NCBI GenBank assembly: GCA_963666425.2
Contig: OY762825.2
Span: 32,001-96,000, forward strand
Origin: Bacillota bacterium
GTDB lineage: Bacteria; Bacillota; JAAYKD01
Direction: 5' to 3'
DNA length: 64,000 bases
Positions 53,255-62,820 of the stretch are shown here, in pieces. Within the stretch, counting starts at the first letter, position 1. Each line of letters opens with the position of its first letter. Position numbers and translations under genes: made by a program. The notes under the pieces are model-generated. The model made no database searches and was not told the DNA's origin. It was given only the letters and a program-made list of their open reading frames with translations.

Positions 53255-54169
53255 ATGGGAAATTTGATCAAATCATTTGATGAATTACTCGAGCAGATCA
53301 GTCAGTTGCCCAAGCGTCATATCGCGGTTGCGGCAGCCCATGATGAAGATGTGCTGGAGGCCGTTTGTCATGCCGTTCAATCGGGTTTGGTGGATGCTAC
53401 CCTGGTTGGCAAAAAGGAAGAAATCCTGCAGATCGCCGCAACGCATGGTTTTAACCTGCAAAGCATGGAAATTGTTGATGCGGTGGATAACATCGACGCA
53501 GCCCGCAAAGCGGTGGAATTGGTTTCCAGCGGTAAAGCGCACATGCTGATGAAGGGCATTGTCGACACCGCTAATTTATTGCGTGCGGTCTTGGACAAAC
53601 AAATTGGCTTAAGGACAGATCACTTGCTCTGCCATGTGGCAGTGATGGAGATTCCAGGGCTGGACCGGTTGATTTTTATGACCGACGGCGGTATGGTGAT
53701 TGCACCTACTCTGGAACAAAAAGTGGATATGCTGAAGAACGCCTTCTCTGTGGCGCGCGGGTTCGGCATCAGTCAACCAAAGGCGGTGCCTTTAACCGCC
53801 TTTGAACATGTCAATCCTAAAATGCTTGCCACAGTTGATGCGGAAAAGCTGCATGAACTGGCGCTGGCGGGTGAATTTGGCGATGCCATGGTCAGCGGTC
53901 CGCTGGCTTTCGACGCTGCTTTGGTAGCAGCTGCGGCACAGCATAAAGGGATCAGCGATCCGGTGGCAGGGCAGGCGGATATTATTTTAGTGCCGTTTAT
54001 TGAAGTCGGCAACGTGATGTACAAATCTTTAGTCTATTTTGGTAATACCAAAGTGGCTGGCATCATTGTCGGTGCCAGAAAACCTATTGTCTTGACCTCC
54101 CGCTCCGATACTCCGGAAGCGAAATACCGTTCGATTGCGGTCGCTTCTTATTTAGCGAAAGAGCAGTAG
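53255..54169 (+). CDS. ptb: Phosphate butyryltransferase
   Basis: LMKG, GPLAFD, GN.MYK and LTSRSD motifs. Confidence 0.9.
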   Translation: MGNLIKSFDELLEQISQLPKRHIAVAAAHDEDVLEAVCHAVQSGLVDATLVGKKEEILQIAATHGFNLQSMEIVDAVDNIDAARKAVELVSSGKAHMLMKGIVDTANLLRAVLDKQIGLRTDHLLCHVAVMEIPGLDRLIFMTDGGMVIAPTLEQKVDMLKNAFSVARGFGISQPKAVPLTAFEHVNPKMLATVDAEKLHELALAGEFGDAMVSGPLAFDAALVAAAAQHKGISDPVAGQADIILVPFIEVGNVMYKSLVYFGNTKVAGIIVGARKPIVLTSRSDTPEAKYRSIAVASYLAKEQ

Positions 54170-54178
54170 GCGCACCTG

Positions 54179-55252
54179 ATGGAAAAAAACTTAATCCTGG
54201 CAATCAATCCCGGTTCTACTTCGACCAAAATCGGTATCTTTCGCGAACGGACGCTGCTGGCAGAAGAAACGCTGCGTCATACGGCGGAGCAGCTGCAGCC
54301 GTACCCGCTGATTATCGATCAGTACGAATTCCGCTATCAGGCGGTCAAGGTGTGTCTCGCGCAACATGGGTTCGATTTGCAGCAATTCGTGGCGATTGTT
54401 GGCCGCGGTGGTATGATGAAGCCGATTGCCGGTGGAACTTACCTGGTCAACGAGGTGATGAAAGAGGATCTGCGCATTGGTTATGCCGGTCAGCATGCTT
54501 CCAATCTGGGCGGCCTGCTGGCGGATACCTTTGCTGCCGAAATCGGGGTGCCGGCTTATATTGTTGATCCCGTTGTGGTGGATGAACTGCAGCCGATTGC
54601 CCGCTATACCGGCATGCCGGAATTGACACGGCGCAGTGTTTTTCATGCTTTGAATCAAAAAGCAGTCGCTTACCGGGCGGCAAAATCACTGGGCAAAGCT
54701 TATACTGAGACGAATTTTATCGTGGTCCATCTGGGCGGCGGTATTTCTGTGACGGCACATGCACATGGCAAAGCCATTGATACCAATAATGCGCTCGATG
54801 GGGATGGACCTTTCTCACCCGAGCGGGCTGGGTCTTTGCCGGTGGAAGGCGTGATTCGTCTTGCCTACAGCGGCAAATACACCGAAGCGCAGCTACGCAA
54901 GCATTTTGTTGGCCAGGGCGGTTTGATCGCTTATCTGGGCAGCAACGACGGACGCGAGATCATGGCTCGTATCAACGCCGGTGATGCGAAGGCTAAAGAA
55001 GTGTTTGAAGCCATGGCCTATCAGATTGCCAAGGAAATCGGCGCGGCTGCGGTTGTGCTCGACGGCAAAATCGACGCCATCCTGCTGACCGGTGGCTTAG
55101 CTTATAGTAAAATCCTGACGGATTACATCCAGAATAAGGTCCGTTTTCTGGCACCGGTGAAGATTTATCCTGGTGAAGATGAATTGCTGGCTTTGGCGGA
55201 AGGCGCTTTGCGCGTTTTACAGGGACAGGATGAGGTGAAGATCTATGTTTGA
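54179..55252 (+). CDS. buk: Butyrate/branched-chain acid kinase, second paralog
   Basis: INPGSTSTK, FHALNQKA and GPFSPER motifs. Confidence 0.93.
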   Translation: MEKNLILAINPGSTSTKIGIFRERTLLAEETLRHTAEQLQPYPLIIDQYEFRYQAVKVCLAQHGFDLQQFVAIVGRGGMMKPIAGGTYLVNEVMKEDLRIGYAGQHASNLGGLLADTFAAEIGVPAYIVDPVVVDELQPIARYTGMPELTRRSVFHALNQKAVAYRAAKSLGKAYTETNFIVVHLGGGISVTAHAHGKAIDTNNALDGDGPFSPERAGSLPVEGVIRLAYSGKYTEAQLRKHFVGQGGLIAYLGSNDGREIMARINAGDAKAKEVFEAMAYQIAKEIGAAAVVLDGKIDAILLTGGLAYSKILTDYIQNKVRFLAPVKIYPGEDELLALAEGALRVLQGQDEVKIYV

Positions 55253-55919
55253 TCATCGTGTCACCGTTTTTGTGGGACCCTACGGCAGCGGTAAAACGGA
55301 ATTGGCTTTGAATGCCGTGCAGCAAATCGCTCCGGCTTATGACCAAATCGCCATCGTTGATTTGGACATTGTCAAGCCTTATTTTCGGGCAAGAGAGTTC
55401 CGCGCTAAATTGATCAGCCGCGATATTCGGGTGATTTTGCCGCAAGGAGAAATGGCCGATGCGGATCTGCCTGCCATTTCACCGGTGATCTACACGGTTT
55501 TTCAAAATGAAAAATTGAAGGTGATTATGGATGTGGGCGGCGACGACGCAGGAGCAACTGCCTTGGGGCAGTACCGCGACCAGTTCCGCGCCACGGATCA
55601 TGAGATCTTGTTTGTGGTCAATACACGCCGGCCTTTTTCGCAAACGGTGGAGGAGATCATCAATATGAAGGAACGCATCGAATGGCGTTCGCGTATCCCC
55701 ATCACGGCCATTGTTGCCAATACGAATTTGAGTATGGAAACAACGGCTGAGGTTATCTTGGAAGGTTACAAAATTGTGCAGCAGGTAGCAGAGCGCTGCG
55801 GTTTACCCATTGCCTTTGCGGCGGTGGATCGTGCTTTTGGTGACGTGGTGGCGCCACATATTGCCGAACCGCTATTTTTAGTGGATCGACAAATGCTCCC
55901 GCCGTGGGAACGAATATAA
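55245..55919 (+). CDS. P-loop NTPase associated with 2-oxoacid oxidoreductase operons
   Basis: GPYGSGKT, DLDIV.PYFR and DVGGD motifs. Confidence 0.75.
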   Translation: MFDHRVTVFVGPYGSGKTELALNAVQQIAPAYDQIAIVDLDIVKPYFRAREFRAKLISRDIRVILPQGEMADADLPAISPVIYTVFQNEKLKVIMDVGGDDAGATALGQYRDQFRATDHEILFVVNTRRPFSQTVEEIINMKERIEWRSRIPITAIVANTNLSMETTAEVILEGYKIVQQVAERCGLPIAFAAVDRAFGDVVAPHIAEPLFLVDRQMLPPWERI

Positions 55920-55946
55920 GAAGCAGAGAGAGTAGGAGGAGGAATT

Positions 55947-56153
55947 ATGGCTAACAAGGTGACGATTTTTGAAGACCGTTGTAAAGGGTGTGGTCTTTGT
56001 ACCACTGCCTGCCCAAAAAAGATCCTGGTCATGGGTAAACAAATGAATATCAAGGGATATTATCCCGTCACAGTCAGTGATCCGGAGCAATGCATCGCCT
56101 GTGCGATGTGCGCCAGAATGTGTCCGGATTGTGCGATACAAGTAGAAAAATAG
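55947..56153 (+). CDS. 2x[4Fe-4S] ferredoxin subunit of 2-oxoacid oxidoreductase
   Basis: CKGCGLC...CP and CIACAMC...CP. Confidence 0.93.
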   Translation: MANKVTIFEDRCKGCGLCTTACPKKILVMGKQMNIKGYYPVTVSDPEQCIACAMCARMCPDCAIQVEK

Positions 56154-56179
56154 AAAAGAGAAAAGAAGGAGGAAACCAA

Positions 56180-57238
56180 ATGGCTGAGAAAATTTTAATG
56201 AAAGGCAATGAAGCCTTGGCGGAGTCTGCCATTGTTGCCGGTTGCCGTTATTTTTTTGGTTATCCCATTACACCGCAAAATGAAATTCCAGAATATATGG
56301 CGAGAAAATTACCGACCATCGGCGGCGCCTTTGTGCAAGCCGAAAGCGAAGTAGCAGCAATCAATATGGTCTATGGTGCGGCAAGCACAGGCGTGCGCTG
56401 CATGACCTCTTCTTCCAGCCCCGGCATCAGCCTGAAGCAGGAAGGCATCTCTTATTGTGTTGGCTCTGAATTACCCTGCGTGATCGTGAATATGATGCGC
56501 GGCGGTCCCGGTTTGGGCAGTATCCAACCCTCCCAGGGCGATTATTTCCAGGCAACCAAAGGCGGCGGCCATGGTGATTATAAATTGCTGGTTTTAGCGC
56601 CTGCCTCCATCCAGGAAATGGTCAATTTGACCATGCAGGCCTTTGATCTGGCAGACAAATACCGCAATCCGGTGATGATTTTAGGCGACGGTATGCTCGG
56701 CCAAATGATGGAACCGGTCACGATTGAACCGACAGTAAGCAATAAGGTAGAAAAACCCTGGGCAGTGGTAGGCACAGAAGGCAAGCGCAAACCGAATATT
56801 ATCAACTCTCTCTTTATTCAAGCGGAAGACTGCGAAAGACACAACCTGCATCTGCAGGAGAAATTCGCCCTGATTGCCAAGAATGAAGTGCGCTATGAAA
56901 TCATCAATGAAGATGCCGAATACTTCCTGGTTGGCTACGGCACCACCGCACGTATCATGCGCAACGTGATGAACATGGCCAGAAAACAAGGTCATGCGGT
57001 TGGTCTGATTCGCCCGATCAGCTTATTCCCCTTCCCAGACGAAGCGTTTGAAAAAGTGATCGGTCATGCCAAAGGATTCCTCACCGTAGAGATGAGCGCA
57101 GGCCAAATGGTCGAAGATGTGCGCTTAGCCGTCAACGGCCGGCAGCCGGTGGCTTTCTACGGCCGTATGGGCGGTATGGCGCCGGAACCCAATACGATTT
57201 TAGCAGAACTTTATAAGCTGATCGAAGGAGGAAAATAA
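56180..57238 (+). CDS. vorB: 2-oxoacid (ketoisovalerate-type):ferredoxin oxidoreductase alpha subunit
   Basis: GYPITP, QAESE and TSSSSPG motifs; ATG at 56180. Confidence 0.85.
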   Translation: MAEKILMKGNEALAESAIVAGCRYFFGYPITPQNEIPEYMARKLPTIGGAFVQAESEVAAINMVYGAASTGVRCMTSSSSPGISLKQEGISYCVGSELPCVIVNMMRGGPGLGSIQPSQGDYFQATKGGGHGDYKLLVLAPASIQEMVNLTMQAFDLADKYRNPVMILGDGMLGQMMEPVTIEPTVSNKVEKPWAVVGTEGKRKPNIINSLFIQAEDCERHNLHLQEKFALIAKNEVRYEIINEDAEYFLVGYGTTARIMRNVMNMARKQGHAVGLIRPISLFPFPDEAFEKVIGHAKGFLTVEMSAGQMVEDVRLAVNGRQPVAFYGRMGGMAPEPNTILAELYKLIEGGK

Positions 57239-57239
57239 A

Positions 57240-57986
57240 ATGGCAATTGTTTATCAAAGACCAAAAGCCTTGGTTGATGTCACGACACATTATTGCCCCG
57301 GCTGCACCCATGGCATCATTCACCGTTTGATTGCCGAAGTCATGGACGAATTGGATATTGCCGGCCAGACAATTGGCATTGCTCCGGTTGGCTGCGCGGT
57401 GTTTGCCTATAACTATTTCAACTGCGATATGGTGCAGGCTGCCCATGGCAGAGCACCGGCCGTAGCGACCGGTTTAAAGCGCGCTCTGCCGGACCGCATG
57501 ATCTTCTCTTATCAGGGCGACGGCGATTTAGCTTCCATCGGCACAGCCGAAATTGTGCAGGCGGCACATCGCGGCGAAAATATCACCGTGATTTTCGTCA
57601 ACAATGCCATTTACGGTATGACCGGCGGCCAAATGGCTCCTACCAGTCTGCTGGGACAAAAAACAACCACGTCTCCTTACGGCAGAAAAGAAGAGCTGGC
57701 CGGCAAGCCCATCCGCGTTGCTGAAATGCTTGCCACCCTGGATAGCTCTGCCATGATCAGCCGTGTGGCGGTCAATACGCCTGCCAACGTGATCAAAGCC
57801 AAAAAAGCGATCAAACAAGCGTTCCTGACCCAGCAAAAGGGCCTTGGTTTTTCGCTGGTTGAAGTTTTATCCACCTGCCCGACCAATTGGGGTCTCAATC
57901 CGATTGAAGCCTTAAAATGGTTGGAAGACAACATGATTCCTTACTACCCCCTGAAAGACTTTAAAGTTCCAGAGGAGGTAAAGTAA
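57240..57986 (+). CDS. 2-oxoacid:ferredoxin oxidoreductase TPP-binding beta subunit
   Basis: YCPGC, HGRA, GDGD and [11 protein letters not shown] motifs. Confidence 0.92.
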   Translation: MAIVYQRPKALVDVTTHYCPGCTHGIIHRLIAEVMDELDIAGQTIGIAPVGCAVFAYNYFNCDMVQAAHGRAPAVATGLKRALPDRMIFSYQGDGDLASIGTAEIVQAAHRGENITVIFVNNAIYGMTGGQMAPTSLLGQKTTTSPYGRKEELAGKPIRVAEMLATLDSSAMISRVAVNTPANVIKAKKAIKQAFLTQQKGLGFSLVEVLSTCPTNWGLNPIEALKWLEDNMIPYYPLKDFKVPEEVK

Positions 57987-58523
57987 ATGACACATGAAAT
58001 TATCATTGCCGGATTTGGCGGCCAAGGTGTGATGCTGATGGGTCAGCTGATGACCGAAGCCGGTTTACAGGAAAAGAAACAAGTGACCTGGCTGCCTTCC
58101 TATGGACCAGAAATGCGCGGCGGCACAGCCAATTGCTCCGTCGTCATTTCTGATGAAGAAATCGGCAGTCCGATTGTGCTCAACCCCAGCGCGGCGATTG
58201 TGATGAATATTCAAGCCTTTGAGAAATTCGCTCCTTTGGTCAAACCAGGCGGCATGCTCTTCGTCAACAGTTCTTTAATTGAACAGGTCTCTCTCCGCAG
58301 CGATATCAAACAATACCGCATCCCAGCCAATGAATTGGCGGAACAAATCGGTAATGGCAGAGTTTCCAACATGGTGATGCTGGGAGCCTTCTTAGGTGCT
58401 ACCGGGGCGGTAACTCAAGAGTCTATTCTGACTGCGATGAGCCATAAACTGCCGCCGCAGCGTCAGAATTTAATTCCGGTCAACCAAAAAGGGTTGGAAG
58501 CCGGCGCTGCCTATATCAAATAG
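57987..58523 (+). CDS. 2-oxoacid:ferredoxin oxidoreductase gamma subunit
   Basis: AGFGGQG and SYGPEMRGG motifs. Confidence 0.92.
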   Translation: MTHEIIIAGFGGQGVMLMGQLMTEAGLQEKKQVTWLPSYGPEMRGGTANCSVVISDEEIGSPIVLNPSAAIVMNIQAFEKFAPLVKPGGMLFVNSSLIEQVSLRSDIKQYRIPANELAEQIGNGRVSNMVMLGAFLGATGAVTQESILTAMSHKLPPQRQNLIPVNQKGLEAGAAYIK

Positions 58524-58647
58524 TCTGCAGAGGAACGAAAACCTCGCTGCTATGATGAAAAGCAGCCGCAACGTCAGAATTAAGTTCCAGTCAAACAAAA
58601 GGACTGGAAGTTGGCGCTGCCTAGATCAAATCGTGTAGAAAATAAGT

Positions 58648-58684
58648 AAAAACCTCACTGCTTGTTTTGGCAGTGGGGTTTTTC
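58648..58684 (+). terminator. Intrinsic terminator
   Basis: AAAAACCTCACTGC/GCAGTGGGGTTTTT. Confidence 0.75.
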
Positions 58685-58713
58685 TATAAAAATGCCAAGA
58701 TTAAAGAAGCGGC

Positions 58714-58742
58714 TTGAAAATTCGCAGCGCAGGGAGTATGAT
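58714..58742 (+). promoter_or_regulatory. SigA-like promoter of deoB
   Basis: TTGAAA-N17-TATGAT. Confidence 0.6.
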
Positions 58743-58781
58743 AAGAGAAAGAAAAATAGCAGGGAATGAAGGGATGATTGC

Positions 58782-59948
58782 ATGAGAACCATCATCATTG
58801 TCTTGGATAGTGTGGGCTGCGGCGCTTTGCCGGATGCAGCCATCTATGGCGATCAAAACGCCAATACGCTGGCGCATGTGGCAGATGCGGTGGGGGGGCT
58901 AAAGATCCCTCAGCTGCGCGATCTGGGCTTAGGCAATATTTTGTCGCTCGCCGGAGGAGCAACAGTGGCGTCACCCAGCGCCGCTTACGGTAAAATGGCG
59001 GAGGTTTCGCCCGGGAAGGATACCATCACCGGTCATTGGGAGATGGCAGGCCTAAGGTTGGTGCAGCCTTTTGCGGTTTATCCCGGCGGCTTTCCGGTGG
59101 AGTTGATAGAGCGCCTGGAAGCGGCCATCGGCCGAAAAACTTTGGGCAATGTCGCCGCATCTGGCACGGACATTATCGTACAATTGGGTCCGGAGCATCA
59201 GAAAACCGGTTATCCGATTGTCTATACCTCAGCGGACAGTGTGATGCAAATTGCGGTTCATCTGGAGACGGTGCCCTTGGCACAGCTTTACGCATGGTGC
59301 GAAATTGCCCGCCAACTCTGCCGCGGCAGCTATGAGGTCGCGCGGATCATCGCCAGACCTTTTATCGGTTCGCCGGGGGCATATTTTCGCACGGCCGAGC
59401 GGCACGACTACCCGATTAATCCGGGTGGCAATCATCTGCTGACCTTGCTGCAGGAACGCGGTATTCCGGTTTATGCGGTTGGTAAAATTGCCGACGTGTT
59501 TTGTAATGAGGGTGTCACCGCTTCCTATAAAACAAAAGATAATCTGGATGGCATGCAAATAACCGAAAAGCTGCTGTTGGAGAAAAGGGAAGACTGTTTG
59601 ATTTTCACCAATCTGGTGGAGTTCGATTCGCTTTACGGTCACCGCAATAATCCCAGCGGCTATGCCGGCGCGCTGGAAGAATTCGACCGGTTTTTACCCC
59701 GTTTGCTGCAAAATCTGCAGGCGGATGACTGGCTGATCATCACAGCAGATCATGGCTGTGACCCAACCAGCGTCGGTACGGATCACAGCAGGGAATATGT
59801 GCCGCTGCTGCTTTACGGTCCCAATATCTTGCCGGGAGCCCTCGAGACCCGGAGTTCCTTTGCTGATTTGGGAACCACCATCGCTTACCGTTATGGTTGT
59901 ACAATGCCGCTGCATGGCACCTTGATTCCTGTTCAGTCTAGAAAATAG
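58782..59948 (+). CDS. deoB: Phosphopentomutase
   Basis: LDSVG.G, GKDT..GHWE, YTSADS, TADHG.DP and DHSREYVP motifs. Confidence 0.95.
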   Translation: MRTIIIVLDSVGCGALPDAAIYGDQNANTLAHVADAVGGLKIPQLRDLGLGNILSLAGGATVASPSAAYGKMAEVSPGKDTITGHWEMAGLRLVQPFAVYPGGFPVELIERLEAAIGRKTLGNVAASGTDIIVQLGPEHQKTGYPIVYTSADSVMQIAVHLETVPLAQLYAWCEIARQLCRGSYEVARIIARPFIGSPGAYFRTAERHDYPINPGGNHLLTLLQERGIPVYAVGKIADVFCNEGVTASYKTKDNLDGMQITEKLLLEKREDCLIFTNLVEFDSLYGHRNNPSGYAGALEEFDRFLPRLLQNLQADDWLIITADHGCDPTSVGTDHSREYVPLLLYGPNILPGALETRSSFADLGTTIAYRYGCTMPLHGTLIPVQSRK

Positions 59949-60145
59949 CTGCAGAGCACCTTGATTCCTGTTCAGTTTAGAAAATAGCTGCATGGCACCT
60001 TGATTCCTGTTCAGTCTAGAAAACAGCTGCATGGCACTCTAATTCCCGTTCGATCAATAAAATAGCTGCATCGCACTCTAATTCCCGTTCGATCGATAAA
60101 ATAGCTGCATCGCACTCTGATTCCCGTTCAGTCAGTAAAATAGCT
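59909..60145 (+). repeat. Six tandem 39-bp copies of the deoB 3' end
   Basis: Unit GCTGCATGGCACCTTGATTCCTGTTCAGTCTAGAAAATA, starting at 59909, 59948, 59987, 60026, 60065 and 60104. Confidence 0.95.
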
Positions 60146-60146
60146 T

Positions 60147-60182
60147 AAAAAGGCGGTACTTCGTGTGGAAGTACTGCCTTTT
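60147..60182. terminator. Terminator hairpin after the deoB repeats
   Basis: AAAAGGCGGTACTTC-gtgtg-GAAGTACTGCCTTTT. Confidence 0.8.
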
Positions 60183-60234
60183 GATTTGGTTGATTCGATT
60201 TTGTCACGTTTGCACCATTGTGGTTTGATTTGTA

Positions 60235-60800
60235 TATAAAACTTCAACGTTACAATAATGATATGCTGTGTTGATAAATTTATGGCGAAAATGTAGGGAA
60301 CGGTCTTGACCGTTCCGCCGTAACAATTCACCATTCCGTTGTAGATTTTTACTATTCCAATGTGATAATTCCATCGCGGTTTAGTTTGCACTTAACACTT
60401 CAACGTTGCAAGAATGAAATGCAGTGTTGATCGCTATGTTGCGGAACGGTCAAGACCGTTCCCTACAACTGTTCCAATGTGAATGTTGATCATTACAATG
60501 TGAATCGTTACGGTATGGAATTACCGTTTCGGCGTGGTTTGTACTTAACACTTCAATGATGCGATAATGTTGGATTGATTATTGTATTACAGCGTGGTTT
60601 GCACTTAACACTTCAACGTTGCAAGAATGATATGCAGTGTTGATAAATTTATGGCGAAAATGTAGGGAACGGTCTTGACCGTTCCGCCGTAACAATTCAC
60701 CCTTCCAATGTGAAAATTCCATCGCGGTTTAGTTTGCACTTAACACTTCAACGTTACAATAATGATATGCTGTGTTGATAAATTTATGGCGAAAATGTAG
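60235..60800. repeat. REP mosaic (GTAG-type REP plus shared linkers), left part
   Basis: GTAGGGAACGGTCTTGACCGTTCC at 60293 (+), 60443 (-) and 60662 (+), interrupted copy at 60797; recurring linker CTTAACACTTCAACGTTRCAA..TGTTGAT. Confidence 0.9.
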
Positions 60801-60833
60801 CCAGCTATCAAACGTCAAGTGGCAAAACGAAAA

Positions 60834-62006
60834 TTATATTCTGGGAACATAAGGCTTTTTATCCCTTAAAACAGCAAAAACAATGTTGCATAATTTATGT
60901 GTAACAGCTCCAATTGCCGTCATATAATCTTTTCCTTCGTCGCGTTTCTTCTGGTAAAAAGCAGACATGACCGGATCTTTTTGCGCGGCAACCGTTGCGG
61001 CATTCCAGAGCGCTCTGCGCAGATAAGGTGAGCCTCGCTTCGACATCGTGTTGTGCGTTGAAGTGAAATTACCGGATTGCTTAATCGAAGGGTCAATACC
61101 GGCAAATGCCGCCAGTTTCTTTGGATTTTCGAAATTATCAATATTGCCGATTTCCGAGTAGATCACCGCAGCCGAGGTGACTCCAACACCAATAATGGTA
61201 TCCAGATAGCATTCACATTGGGAATAGATCTGCTCAATCTTATTCTCAATTGCGTCAATCTGTTCTTCAATGAATTGAATCAGATCCACGGTTTGGTGTA
61301 ATTCAAAGCATAGAGCAGCGTTCGCTCTATTCACACCAACAGTGTGTCTGCAGGCGCTGCGGATCTCCAGCGCTTTTTCCTCACCGAAACTGCCGCGGGA
61401 ATGCTTCGCTAAAAAATCAGCCAACCGCTTTGTGCCGAGCTTCAGAATGGCATCCGGTGACGGATACTTGCTGAGCAACTCCAGCGAAGTTTTACCGAAA
61501 ATATTGGAAAACAGCTTGTGATATTCCGGAAAAAGGTGATCCAGCACGCCAATTACATGGTTTTTGTGCTTTGCAATCTCATCAACCAGAGAACAGCGGA
61601 AACGGCATAACTCGCGTAAATTCTGGACATCCTCCGTTTGTACCGCTACGTCGGAATAACGTCCCATGCGGATCACATCCGCGATATAACCGCAATCCAC
61701 CGTATCCGTCTTGGTTTTACGGACAGACATGCGCCGTATGGCGTCGGTGAGCAGGGGATTGACCACATGCAATTCAATTCCTAAATCGAGTAAAACACAA
61801 TAAAAATTCAGCCAGTAATGACCGGTGGCTTCCATGCCGACGCAAATTGCATCTTGCTTTTGGTAAAGAGCGACCTTCTGCAAAAACAATTGAAAGCCCT
61901 CTTCGGAATTTTCAAATGCAAACGAGGGAGCCAGCGCTTGACCACTGGCGTCCACCGCGATCGCCTGGTGACGGAATTTACCGATGTCTACGCCAAAAGT
62001 AATCAT
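60834..62006 (-). CDS. IS110 transposase/recombinase (DEDD RuvC-like plus Tnp20)
   Basis: GVDIGK, MEATGHY, KTD..D, AFAGIDP..QSG and YLRRAL motifs. Confidence 0.96.
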   Translation of the reverse strand: MITFGVDIGKFRHQAIAVDASGQALAPSFAFENSEEGFQLFLQKVALYQKQDAICVGMEATGHYWLNFYCVLLDLGIELHVVNPLLTDAIRRMSVRKTKTDTVDCGYIADVIRMGRYSDVAVQTEDVQNLRELCRFRCSLVDEIAKHKNHVIGVLDHLFPEYHKLFSNIFGKTSLELLSKYPSPDAILKLGTKRLADFLAKHSRGSFGEEKALEIRSACRHTVGVNRANAALCFELHQTVDLIQFIEEQIDAIENKIEQIYSQCECYLDTIIGVGVTSAAVIYSEIGNIDNFENPKKLAAFAGIDPSIKQSGNFTSTHNTMSKRGSPYLRRALWNAATVAAQKDPVMSAFYQKKRDEGKDYMTAIGAVTHKLCNIVFAVLRDKKPYVPRI

Positions 62007-62049
62007 TTACAGCAACTCCTCAAACTGGAATGCGGCAAAGGATGATCTC

Positions 62050-62192
62050 TCTGACGCTGACAGTTGCAACCTCGCGTGAAATACAAGGATTTTACCCTAT
62101 CCAGCCAATACGCAGATTTCTGTCAGATCAGAGGCAACACTCTACATCACAGGAACGATTCCCAGGGAACAGTACGTTGACCTCTGCCTGAC
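62050..62192 (-). ncRNA. Predicted IS110 bridge RNA (target- and donor-binding loops; ends approximate)
   Basis: ACTGTTCCCT and ATGTAG match the REP target; TTGGCT and GCGAG match the IS circle junction; each pair flanks an inner hairpin. Confidence 0.75.
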
Positions 62193-62298
62193 AAAATTAT
62201 ACCACAAAGGGCAAACCCCTTGGATACTTAAAGAGTGGCTTTGGCTCGCTTCCTGTACCCTGTAAATGAGTTACCTTGGCACTACTAGTATATACGAG

Positions 62299-62820
62299 GG
62301 AACGGTCTTGACCGTTCCGCCGTAACAATTCACCATTCCAATGTGAAAATTCCATCGCGGTTTAGTTTGCACTGAATATTTCAACGTTGCAAGAATATTA
62401 GGTTGTCTTGATCGCTATATTGCGGAACGGTCAAGACCGTTCCCTACAACTGTTCCAATGTGAATGTTGATCATTACAATGTGAATGTTGATCATTACAA
62501 TGTGAATCGTTACGGTATGGAATTACCGTTTCGGCGTGGTTTGCACTTAACACTTCAACGTTGCAATAATGAAATGCAGTGTTGATCGCTATGTTGCGGA
62601 ATGGTCAAGACCGTTCCCTACAACTGTTCCAATGTGAATGTTGATCATTACAATGTGGATCGTTACGGTATGGAATTACCGTTTCGGCGTGGTTTGTACT
62701 TATCGCTTCGATGATGCGATAATGTTGGATTGATTTTTGCATTACAGCGTGGTTTGCACTTAACACTTCAACGTTGCAATAATGAAATGCAGTGTTAATA
62801 AATTTATGGCAGAAATGTAG
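62299..62820. repeat. REP mosaic between the two IS110 copies
   Basis: REP remainder at 62299, reverse REPs at 62424 and 62598, interrupted REP at 62817; same linkers as 60235-60800. Confidence 0.9.

Larger units (their letters stand above)
60801..62298 (-). mobile_element. Complete IS110-family element, copy 1 (about 1.5 kb) inserted in a REP
   Basis: Removing it restores AAAATGTAG|GGAACGGTCTTGACC as at 60287 and 60656; AG (CT on the IS strand) present at both ends (60799-60800, 62297-62298); no terminal IRs. Confidence 0.93.

Noticed and set aside
58561-58620. Possible small RNA hairpin after the vor operon
   Set aside because: Short stems only; no recognisable family or promoter
59694-60032. 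Repeat-containing minus-strand ORF (MQLFSRLNRNQGA)n
   Set aside because: Antisense by-product of the 39-bp repeat, overlapping deoB
59909-60145. CRISPR or TIGR-like guide array near IS110
   Set aside because: Units differ only by point substitutions, have no variable spacer segments, and derive from the deoB coding end
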